Source: Fidelibacterota bacterium
Lineage (GTDB): Bacteria; Fidelibacterota; UBA8477; JABMPR01
DNA length: 64,000 bases
Reading direction: 5' to 3'
Assembly (NCBI GenBank): GCA_016845065.1
Contig: JAERTG010000023.1
Coordinates: 167,553 to 231,552 of the forward strand
This document shows, piece after piece, positions 30,072 through 38,733 of this stretch. The notes under the pieces are model-generated. The model ran no database searches and was not told the origin of the DNA. It saw nothing but the letters and a program-made list of their open reading frames with translations. Numbering within the stretch: the stretch's first letter is position 1; every line of letters begins with the position of its first letter. The translations under genes were made by a program, and so were the position numbers.

Positions 30072-31550
30072 CTATCCTGTTGGAGCCTGCAATGTGAAGC
30101 AGGCACCTCCTTCTGCTTTGTTATGTGCATCCACCACCCAATCGCATCTGCGGCTAATCTCCCATGCCAGGTAGCAACCATAACCAGAGTTCTGACTTCC
30201 ATCTTTGGTACTCACAGATTCTTTAAATATGGCCTTTTGGCCCTGTTCGTCAACTTGTAACAATTCAGATGATAAACCTTTTCCATTATCGCAAATCTCA
30301 ATCATGAGGATTTTTTTAGCTGCATCATGTTTTGTTTTAATCTTAAGAATAAGGTCATGATCAACATTGTGCTCTATAGCGTTTTGAATCAATGGCTCGA
30401 TGATCTCCCACGCCACATATTCATTCACATGCAGGATAGGAATATCCTCTGCAAAATCGAGTTCAACACTGACGGCATTGCTTTCACTCGCCTTATAAAC
30501 TCGTTGAAATATGTTTTCTACAACAAACTGAATAACCTCATTAATATTGGTTTGAAATATGGGGTTACGGATGACATGAAGGGGTGGATCGTAGGTTTTC
30601 ATGTCATAAATCACCCGTGACACAAAATTTGCATATTTTGTGACGCGGTTGCGCGTTTCATCCAGATTTTTATCCCTCAAGCCTCTGAGATCCTCTTTAA
30701 TAAATCCCATGACCTTTTCCGCTTTATGATGGGTGTGATAAATACGTTTTGTAAAGAGGGATTCTTTCTGGTGCTCTACTTGTTCTCGAAGCTGTTTTGA
30801 GCGTTGGTCAAACAATTGATGTTGGACCTCATCCCGTTCTTGAGCGGTGTAGGAGTAAATGAAAAACATTGCTAAAAATCCAAACAGAATGAGACCGGTA
30901 AATAAAATTCCACTTTGACTATATGCAGATTCAATAAGTGCGAGAAATCCTGCAACATCAGGAGTCACCCGCATATAGGCTGCACCTGCAATTTCACCCC
31001 TGTCATAAAAGGGAACCAACACATGGAAGGTGTTGTTGCCTTCAAGTGAGCTGACAATTTGTTCCTCATCCACTAAGACCTGTGAATGTTCATGATAATA
31101 AAGAATAGCATTTGAAGCAGATGGTTGAATGTCAATAACCCGGATTGAATCTGGCTCAAGATAAAGATCATAGATTTCAGCTCCGTCTCTCAGGGCAGTG
31201 ACCCTACTCCCCTGATTGACAAGGAGATAGACTTCATCAATATTCCTTTGGAGCATTTGCTGGCTTAATAATTTATCAAAAGACTCGATGGTCTTAATTC
31301 TGTTCTCACCGTTTATCGGGATATCCTGCCGTCCTTGCTCAATGAGAAGTTCAAGTGCAGTAGTCGTTAAATCAGCAACCCTTTCAGCAGAGTCACGTCG
31401 GTAGTATTCCATAGCCTGTTGAAATATTTGATTGGTTGATTGACTGTTGATAAATGAAAGGGCAGTTTGAAATACCACTACCACAATAAACAACACCAGG
31501 ATGTGTTGAATTTCAAAATGGTAGTTTTCAAATTTTTGAGTCAGTTTCAA
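30072..31550 (-). CDS. sensor histidine kinase with periplasmic domain
   Basis: Two TM helices flank a sensor domain of about 200 aa. The C-terminal HATPase_c has G-boxes (DNGKGL, GYGCYLAW). The gene overlaps the upstream SBP gene by 4 nt and stops 3 nt before the RR gene. Confidence 0.7.
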   Translation of the reverse strand: MKLTQKFENYHFEIQHILVLFIVVVVFQTALSFINSQSTNQIFQQAMEYYRRDSAERVADLTTTALELLIEQGRQDIPINGENRIKTIESFDKLLSQQMLQRNIDEVYLLVNQGSRVTALRDGAEIYDLYLEPDSIRVIDIQPSASNAILYYHEHSQVLVDEEQIVSSLEGNNTFHVLVPFYDRGEIAGAAYMRVTPDVAGFLALIESAYSQSGILFTGLILFGFLAMFFIYSYTAQERDEVQHQLFDQRSKQLREQVEHQKESLFTKRIYHTHHKAEKVMGFIKEDLRGLRDKNLDETRNRVTKYANFVSRVIYDMKTYDPPLHVIRNPIFQTNINEVIQFVVENIFQRVYKASESNAVSVELDFAEDIPILHVNEYVAWEIIEPLIQNAIEHNVDHDLILKIKTKHDAAKKILMIEICDNGKGLSSELLQVDEQGQKAIFKESVSTKDGSQNSGYGCYLAWEISRRCDWVVDAHNKAEGGACFTLQAPTG

Positions 31551-32908
31551 AAAGATTGACCTCTTTTTAGCACATCGTCGATATCATTTTGCGCCTTGGC
31601 AAGCCCTGCTTCAACCTCAATCTCACCAGACATAATCTGGTGTAAGTGCGTTGAAAGAATATCAGATATGAGGGTGTAATGATCCAAGGTCGGTCTATGC
31701 AGCCCCTTCTGCATCATTTTCTGAATCAACCGCAATCTCTCTTGGCGTGGTCCAGATTCAGCCCGACTATAAAATTCTCGTTGAATAGGAAGAAGTCCCT
31801 CACTTTCATAGAATATTCTTTGTCCCTCCATAGAGGCAGCAAACTTCATGAATTCAATGGCTGCATTTTTGACTGGAGAATGTTTGGAAAGCATCATGTT
31901 CCAACCGCCAAATACCGGTGTCGATTCACCTCCCTCAAAGTGAGGCAAGGGAGCTATTTCCAATTTTTCAAACAATTCAGGATCAAATCGCTGATAATTC
32001 TCATTATTCATCGTAGGCCAGCCACGGACAAAGGGTATGTCGTGAGCCAGTGCGAAACGGATACAGTCATCCTCTGTCATACTCAATGCTTCAACAGGTG
32101 CAAAATTTGTGCTGATCATTTCACGCATGAAATGGGTTCGCTCGATGATTAGTGGATGTGTCAGGTCAATCAGCTTTCCAGAAGTTTCATCTTCCAGTGT
32201 TCGCCCGATGATTTCATTGAAATTACAAATCAGTCCTTCATAGGCGACTGCCTGTGGGATGAATATAGGTTTATCTGTGAAATATCTCTCCCTGAGTTCA
32301 AGCAATTCTTCCCAGGATATGGATTGATTTATACGGTCCACAATGGCCTCGCCGTCTTCTAATGCGAGGATCATATCTTTACGATAATAAAGGGCACCAA
32401 TATCTGTATACAACGGAACGGCATATAAGATGTCATTGACATAACAAGTTTGGAGTGGTTGAGGGACTAATTTCTTTAAAAACTGAGGTGCAAAATAAGG
32501 CGTAAGCGGTTCGGCCCATTTAGTAAATCGAGGTACCCATATCAAATCGACGGAAAAAACATCAATTCTACTGCTACGACTTCTTAAGTTTCTGGCTATC
32601 AGCTCCTTACGTTGATTCGTGTTGAATTTAGAAAAGGGTAAATCAATGGCTATTACTTCTATTTCCCCTCTATAAAGCTCATTAAATTGCCTGATTATTT
32701 CAGCATGACCCACCCCAATATTGTCTGCAAAATAAACTCGCTCAATTCCATCCGTGTTTAGCGGATTTGGACCAAGAGGAAATGATGAAATCAAGAATGA
32801 TATGAGGAAGATTAGTGCCCCAATTGAAAACAGAAAGGGTAGACTTGTGGAGAGTGTTTTTAACCGAAGTTTTTTGGGCGGCTCTTTTTGTAAATTCGTA
32901 TCATTCAT
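31547..32908 (-). CDS. membrane-anchored extracellular solute-binding protein (SBP_bac_1-like) co-operonic with HK/RR
   Basis: There is an N-terminal TM anchor. SBP-like blocks (GEIEV…IDVFSVD…W…) are present. No ABC permease is adjacent. Confidence 0.5.
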   Translation of the reverse strand: MNDTNLQKEPPKKLRLKTLSTSLPFLFSIGALIFLISFLISSFPLGPNPLNTDGIERVYFADNIGVGHAEIIRQFNELYRGEIEVIAIDLPFSKFNTNQRKELIARNLRSRSSRIDVFSVDLIWVPRFTKWAEPLTPYFAPQFLKKLVPQPLQTCYVNDILYAVPLYTDIGALYYRKDMILALEDGEAIVDRINQSISWEELLELRERYFTDKPIFIPQAVAYEGLICNFNEIIGRTLEDETSGKLIDLTHPLIIERTHFMREMISTNFAPVEALSMTEDDCIRFALAHDIPFVRGWPTMNNENYQRFDPELFEKLEIAPLPHFEGGESTPVFGGWNMMLSKHSPVKNAAIEFMKFAASMEGQRIFYESEGLLPIQREFYSRAESGPRQERLRLIQKMMQKGLHRPTLDHYTLISDILSTHLHQIMSGEIEVEAGLAKAQNDIDDVLKRGQSF

Positions 32909-33215
32909 ATTATTGAAATGATAATAATTGGCATATCAAAACAATACAAGCTCTAACTATTAAATTGCAGGGAAATCAGTCCACGGCTTTGAATGAGAAA
33001 TTAATTTCACCAAAATAGGATATGAAATCCAATCCAATCTCCGCCTTACGAAATCTAAATTGCCATCAATTCAATGGTGTTATTGACATAAACACAAAGA
33101 GTTACACACATTTTCCTGAGAATAGATTTCCGATTAAATAATTTATCTGGATCTTCATCTGCCAAAGATTTCATTTCGCAGATAGTAGAGGGTATAAAAC
33201 TGATGTAGGAGTGGC

Positions 33216-33233
33216 ACCCAATTTGAATACATA
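33216..33233 (+). promoter_or_regulatory. sigma-54-like -24/-12 element (TGGCAC-N5-TTGAA) upstream of the GH3 gene
   Basis: A TGGCACccaatTTGAA element lies about 50 nt upstream of the GH3 ATG. The -12 element has GA rather than the consensus GC, so the match is weak. Confidence 0.2.
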
Positions 33234-33283
33234 AATACCAGGAAGCAATTCTGTATCTAGATATCAACATATGAGGAGTAAAC

Positions 33284-35131
33284 ATGTTTACGAGATCGAT
33301 ATTTCTGAAAATTTTTGTGCTTGGATTCATGCTTCAACTAGTAGTCACCTGCAATTCCACCGAACCAATTGTCAAACATGTATCCGTGACGGGGAAAAGT
33401 GTAGAGAACATTGTTGAATTGATGACATTGGCAGAAAAAGTTGGACAAATGACTCAGGCTGATAGGCGCTATCTAATTGATGAAGCTGATATTACGGAAT
33501 TGCACTTAGGATCCCTTCTCAGTGGAGGTGGATCAACCCCTGAAATTAATAATCCCACATCCTGGGCTGATATGGTTGATGGTTATCAGGCTCTAGCTGC
33601 CAAATCTCGTTTGGGAATTCCTCTCATGTACGGTATTGATGCAGTCCATGGACACAGCAATGTAGTGGGTGCTACTATCTTTCCACATAATATTGCCCTT
33701 GGAGCCACAGGTAATCCTGAACTGGTAAAGGAAATTGCCCACATCACCGCAAAAGAAGTTCGAGCAACGGGGATTAATTGGACATTTGATCCCTGCGTCG
33801 CTAACTCAAGAGACGAACGTTGGGGACGCGCCTATGAGTCCTATGGAGAGGACCCAGCTCTCCTAGCCGCTCTCGGACAGGCCCAGGTTGAGGGTTATCA
33901 GGGAGCATCACTTAGCGCTCCTGATGCAATTGTGGCATGTACGAAACATTACATTGGAGATGGCGCTCCCACCTGGACAACAGGCAATAATGGTAAAATT
34001 GATCGCGGAGATGCTCAAATTTCCGAAGATGAATTAAGAGCCCTTCATTTACCACCCTACCAGGCTGCTATTCAAGGTGGGACAGCAACCATCATGGCTT
34101 CATATAACAGCTGGAATGGTGAAAAACTTCATGGGCAAAAATATCTCATGACCGATGTACTCAAAGGAGAGCTTGGGTTTCAGGGTTTCATCGTAACAGA
34201 TTGGGCGGGCATTGATGAGCTCCCAGGTGATTATAAGAGTGATATAGTTGAGTCAATCAACGCAGGTGTTGATATGGTTATGGTTCCTGGAGATACGAGC
34301 AAAGATGGGTACACATACAGAGAATTTATCACCAAGTTGACCGAAGCCATCAATGAAGGCTTGATAGAAATGTCTCGCATCAATGATGCTGTAACCAGAA
34401 TCTTGAATGTTAAAAAGAGTATGGGTCTGTTGGATGCGCCCTACAGCAACGATCGCAATCTCATCTCCCACGTAGGTTCACCCGAGCATCGAGAAGTGGC
34501 CCGGCAAGCTGTCCGTGAATCTGTAGTATTGCTAAAGAACAACAGCGTCTTACCATTATCCAAAGAGCTCTCAACACTTGTTGTAGCTGGTCGTGGGGCC
34601 AATGATGTTGGCATGCAATGTGGTGGCTGGACCATTTCCTGGCAGGGTGGTATGGGCGATATCACTCCCGGTACTACCGTCTTGGAAGGCGTTCAAGCAA
34701 GCGTTTCTTCATCAACCCAGGTGATTCACTCGCCTGATGGAACAGCTGCTGCCAGTGCAGATGCTGTAATAGTTGTTGTTGGAGAGACACCCTATGCTGA
34801 AATGCATGGAGATAGGGATAATCTAGTCCTATCAGACGAAGATTTGGCAGTTATTAACACAGTAAAGACCAGTGGAAAACCTATGGTGGTCGTGCTCCTT
34901 TCAGGACGTCCTATAATCGTCACCGATATCATTGAAGAGGTGGATGCTTTGCTAGCTGCATGGCTGCCTGGAACAGAAGGCAATGGAATCTCCGATGTGA
35001 TTTTTGGTGATTATTCACCTACTGGAAAACTCTCAGTGACCTGGCCGAAAGACATGAGTCAAATACCAATTAACCAGGGTGATAATAATTACTCACCTCT
35101 CTTTCCTGTAGGATATGGAATGAGTTATTAG
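33284..35131 (+). CDS. GH3 beta-glucosidase lipoprotein
   Basis: The lipobox is VVTCNS. GH3 N-domain motifs are present (KVGQM, GIDAVHG). The catalytic nucleophile motif is GFIVTDW. A C-terminal alpha/beta sandwich domain follows. Confidence 0.85.
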   Translation: MFTRSIFLKIFVLGFMLQLVVTCNSTEPIVKHVSVTGKSVENIVELMTLAEKVGQMTQADRRYLIDEADITELHLGSLLSGGGSTPEINNPTSWADMVDGYQALAAKSRLGIPLMYGIDAVHGHSNVVGATIFPHNIALGATGNPELVKEIAHITAKEVRATGINWTFDPCVANSRDERWGRAYESYGEDPALLAALGQAQVEGYQGASLSAPDAIVACTKHYIGDGAPTWTTGNNGKIDRGDAQISEDELRALHLPPYQAAIQGGTATIMASYNSWNGEKLHGQKYLMTDVLKGELGFQGFIVTDWAGIDELPGDYKSDIVESINAGVDMVMVPGDTSKDGYTYREFITKLTEAINEGLIEMSRINDAVTRILNVKKSMGLLDAPYSNDRNLISHVGSPEHREVARQAVRESVVLLKNNSVLPLSKELSTLVVAGRGANDVGMQCGGWTISWQGGMGDITPGTTVLEGVQASVSSSTQVIHSPDGTAAASADAVIVVVGETPYAEMHGDRDNLVLSDEDLAVINTVKTSGKPMVVVLLSGRPIIVTDIIEEVDALLAAWLPGTEGNGISDVIFGDYSPTGKLSVTWPKDMSQIPINQGDNNYSPLFPVGYGMSY

Positions 35132-35172
35132 ATGTTGCCTAATAGAAATGAAGGAATTATGCTTAAGTTGAT

Positions 35173-38100
35173 ATGATCCCTCAACCAATGGCATTATTCA
35201 GAGCAGCTGGTTTCCTGGTAGCAATAGTACCCTCTCTTCTCTTGGGTCAATCCTTGATTCTTAATGAAATTGTTGCTTCTAACCGAGCAAGTTTATACGA
35301 TGAGGATGGTGACACACCAGATTGGATTGAAATATACAATACTTCCTCATCTGCAGTCAGCTTACAAGGTTTTGGTCTTTCTGATGATATTAACAATCCA
35401 TATAAATGGATATTTGGAGCTGGTGAAATAGATGGCGATAGTCATGCCATTATTTTTGCATCAGATAAGGACAGGCAAGCCTTAAACCTAAACTGGGACC
35501 TCATATTCGAAGAAGGTTCTCTGTGGCGCTATTTTGTTGGTACTTCAAATCCACCTTCAAATTGGAACTCATTGAATTTTAATGAAAATCAATGGCTAGA
35601 GAGTGTCAGCGGGTTTGGTTACGGGGACAATGATGATAATACGATAATTCCGTCGACCATGTCCGTTTATCTGCGGAACACATTCACTATCTCTGATACC
35701 TCCTCGGTCCCCGGTCTCCTTTTTCACATCGATTATGATGATGGATATGTCGCCTACCTCAATGGTGTTGAATTCTCCAGAGAAAACATGGGTGAGCCAG
35801 GAAGCGAGGTAAATAATAACACACCGGCAACAACCTATACCGAACCATCATTGCCTGACAATGTTGATCTACCCTTTACCCTCATCTCCAGTGATTTAAT
35901 GGTGGAGGGTGACAACGTCATTGCAGTTGAAGTGCATAATCACAGCCTGTCCTCATCTGACATGACTGCAATCCCATTTCTGAGTATAGGCGAACTGGAT
36001 ACACCTGATTCTCCATTACCTTCCTTTTTAGAGTCACCTGCTCAAAGCCAATTTCACACCAATTTTAAAGTTAATAGTGATGGTGAGTTGGTCATGTTAA
36101 CGAGTCCTGATGGTGGGAGTCTAGATTCAATTCGAGTACCTGAGCTGCCCTCAGACATCAGTTGGGGTAGAGAGCCTGATGCCAGTGGAAATATGTTCTA
36201 TTTCAATCCACCAACTCCTGGTGAGACGAATGTGGGAGGATTCACTGTCCCTGCCGAACCACCTGTTCTGTCTCCTGGACCGGGATTTTATAACTTCGGT
36301 ATCTCGCTGAGCATGGGCGCAGTGCCACAAGGGCGGGTTTATAAATATACACTGGATGGAAGCATTCCGAATCTGAGCTCAGCAACCTATACCACACCGT
36401 TATCTATCACTCAAACCACAGTAGTTCGAGTCTTAACATGCGCCCCTGATGGCACGAATCCCACTCTAAATTCATTTAGTTATTTCATTAATGAGGAACC
36501 CGACCTACCTGTCATGTCTCTCATTTTTGAACCGGGTGCATTTTTTGATAATGATACTGGACTGTATGTGATGGGTTCAGATGCATCTCCATCCTTCCCC
36601 CATTTTGGAGCAAATTTCTGGGAAGACTGGGAAAGGCAAGTTCACGTCGAATATTTTGATGGTGGGAATGAGCTCAGCTATGCGGCTTCTGCAGGCGTGA
36701 AAATATTTGGGGGCTGGAGTAGAGGGAATCCACAAAAGTCTCTTTCATTATTTGCCCGTGGACGCTATGGAACCAGCAAATTTGAGTACCCTTTCTTTCC
36801 GGACCTGGGCATCGATAAATTCGAGGCTATTGTGCTCAGAAATTCTGGAAATGATTGGAATATGTCAGGCTATAGAGATGGTTTTATGACAAGCCTTGTC
36901 TCTGAGCGGGATGTTGACAAGCAAGCGTTTCAGCCAGTCGAAGTCTATTTAAATGGTGACTATTGGGGAATTTATAACTTGCGAGAGAAGGTAAACGAGC
37001 ATTTTGTGTCAAGTCATCACGATGTTGATAATGATGATATCGATTTATTGGCCTTGGATGGGAATGAGGTGGTGCATGGTGAAAACAACCATTATGTGGA
37101 CTTAATTGATTACATCAACTCTCACACACTTAACTCTGATCTCGATTTTGAGTACGTTGAAGAACGCGTGGATATTGATAATTTTATTAATTACCAATTG
37201 GCCCAGATCTACTTCGATAACCAGGACTGGCCTGGAAATAATATCAAGTTTTGGCGCTCCAGGCTGCCCGGTGGCAAATGGCGTTGGATATTGTATGATA
37301 CTGATTTTGGTTTTAGCATCTGGAGTAATAATAACTATATAAGAAATACTCTGGAGTTTGCCACAGATCCAAATGGACCAGATTGGCCCAATCCACCATG
37401 GTCTACTCTCCTCCTTCGGAAATTTTTAACGAACCCAGGGTTCGAGCGGAATTTCATCCTCACCGCTTGTGACCTTTTAAATCAGCCATTCATATACGAG
37501 CAGGTTGAGTCAGCACTCAATGAGCATCAACAATGGTTATTACCATCCCTTCCAGACCATATTTCGCGGTGGAATCACATGAGTCTTCCCAACTGGTACA
37601 ACGAAGGGATGATCATGGATAACTTTGCTTTGAATAGACCCTATTATATGCGCAATCACTTTCGAAGTAAATTTAACCTTGGTGCAGACAGTGAACTTCA
37701 GGTCAATGTTGAACCAGCAGGCGCTGGAAAAGTGCGTGTCCATTCCATCGTCCCGGATAACTATCCATGGGTGGGAACTTATTTTTCATCGGTTCCTGTT
37801 GACGTCCGCGCCATTGCCCTTCAGGGATATCAATTTTCACACTGGCAGAATAGGCTGGTAACCGATGTGGATTTGACCATTAGCATGGCATCGGATGTTG
37901 AATTAACGGCTATATTTGTTCCTGTTTCTCCCGATGATGGTGCTCTGGTTATCAACGAAATCAATTATAACTCCCTGAATGATTCTGACACCAAGGATTG
38001 GATCGAATTATTTAATGGCACGCCTGAGGCTGTCGATCTGACAGGATGGGCAGTCAGCGATGACAACGATGATAACTGGTTTGTGTTGTCCGAAATATCA

Positions 38101-38727
38101 CTTGCTCCTGATGCATATTTGATTGTGACTAGCGATAGCCTCGCCTATAGAAGTATTCACGGGAGTGATGCTCGGATTGTTGGTGATCTGGATTTCAATT
38201 TCAGCAATGGAGGAGAATTGATTCGCCTCTTTAACTCAGATCAAATAATTGTGGATAGTGTACGCTATGATGATGAGGATCCATGGCCTACTGAGCCTGA
38301 TGGAGATGGTCCTACATTAGAGTTGACATTCCCTACTCTGGACAATGGTTTGAGTACGAGTTGGGCTGTTTCAGATAACCTGGGGACGCCTGGTGCTCAA
38401 AATGGCAGCTTTGCTGTTCCATCAGCATTCAACAATGACAACGGACCTACGGAATTTCGAATCGGAATGGCCTTCCCAAATCCATTCAATGCAATGATCA
38501 CCATCCCTTACACCGTTGCCGAAATCGGGTTATTTCAGATCGATATATTTGATCTCAGAGGTCGCATGATTCATTCAGAGAGCATCAATTCATCACGAAG
38601 TGGTTCAGGAAATTATCATTGGGATGGAAGGAATGAGCATGGGCTGGCACAAAGTTCTGGAATGTACGTGGTTCGATTAACTCAAAACGAACTTACTGCC
38701 AGTATAAAAATCGCGCTCCTCCGATAG
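35173..38727 (+). CDS. giant CotH-kinase-like protein with two lamin-tail domains and T9SS CTD
   Basis: Two LTD motifs are present (LILNEIVASN…DWIEIYN, LVINEINYNS…DWIELFN). The central region has CotH-like blocks (LRNSGNDWN…VYLNGDYWGIYNL). The C-terminus is …FPNPFNAM… CTD. Confidence 0.55.
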   Translation: MIPQPMALFRAAGFLVAIVPSLLLGQSLILNEIVASNRASLYDEDGDTPDWIEIYNTSSSAVSLQGFGLSDDINNPYKWIFGAGEIDGDSHAIIFASDKDRQALNLNWDLIFEEGSLWRYFVGTSNPPSNWNSLNFNENQWLESVSGFGYGDNDDNTIIPSTMSVYLRNTFTISDTSSVPGLLFHIDYDDGYVAYLNGVEFSRENMGEPGSEVNNNTPATTYTEPSLPDNVDLPFTLISSDLMVEGDNVIAVEVHNHSLSSSDMTAIPFLSIGELDTPDSPLPSFLESPAQSQFHTNFKVNSDGELVMLTSPDGGSLDSIRVPELPSDISWGREPDASGNMFYFNPPTPGETNVGGFTVPAEPPVLSPGPGFYNFGISLSMGAVPQGRVYKYTLDGSIPNLSSATYTTPLSITQTTVVRVLTCAPDGTNPTLNSFSYFINEEPDLPVMSLIFEPGAFFDNDTGLYVMGSDASPSFPHFGANFWEDWERQVHVEYFDGGNELSYAASAGVKIFGGWSRGNPQKSLSLFARGRYGTSKFEYPFFPDLGIDKFEAIVLRNSGNDWNMSGYRDGFMTSLVSERDVDKQAFQPVEVYLNGDYWGIYNLREKVNEHFVSSHHDVDNDDIDLLALDGNEVVHGENNHYVDLIDYINSHTLNSDLDFEYVEERVDIDNFINYQLAQIYFDNQDWPGNNIKFWRSRLPGGKWRWILYDTDFGFSIWSNNNYIRNTLEFATDPNGPDWPNPPWSTLLLRKFLTNPGFERNFILTACDLLNQPFIYEQVESALNEHQQWLLPSLPDHISRWNHMSLPNWYNEGMIMDNFALNRPYYMRNHFRSKFNLGADSELQVNVEPAGAGKVRVHSIVPDNYPWVGTYFSSVPVDVRAIALQGYQFSHWQNRLVTDVDLTISMASDVELTAIFVPVSPDDGALVINEINYNSLNDSDTKDWIELFNGTPEAVDLTGWAVSDDNDDNWFVLSEISLAPDAYLIVTSDSLAYRSIHGSDARIVGDLDFNFSNGGELIRLFNSDQIIVDSVRYDDEDPWPTEPDGDGPTLELTFPTLDNGLSTSWAVSDNLGTPGAQNGSFAVPSAFNNDNGPTEFRIGMAFPNPFNAMITIPYTVAEIGLFQIDIFDLRGRMIHSESINSSRSGSGNYHWDGRNEHGLAQSSGMYVVRLTQNELTASIKIALLR

Positions 38728-38733
38728 GAAAAT

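Noticed and set aside
33055-33330. 91-aa minus-strand ORF in the SBP/GH3 divergent intergenic region
   Set aside because: It overlaps the GH3 start and promoter region. It is Cys/Ile-rich low-complexity with no RBS context, and is likely spurious.
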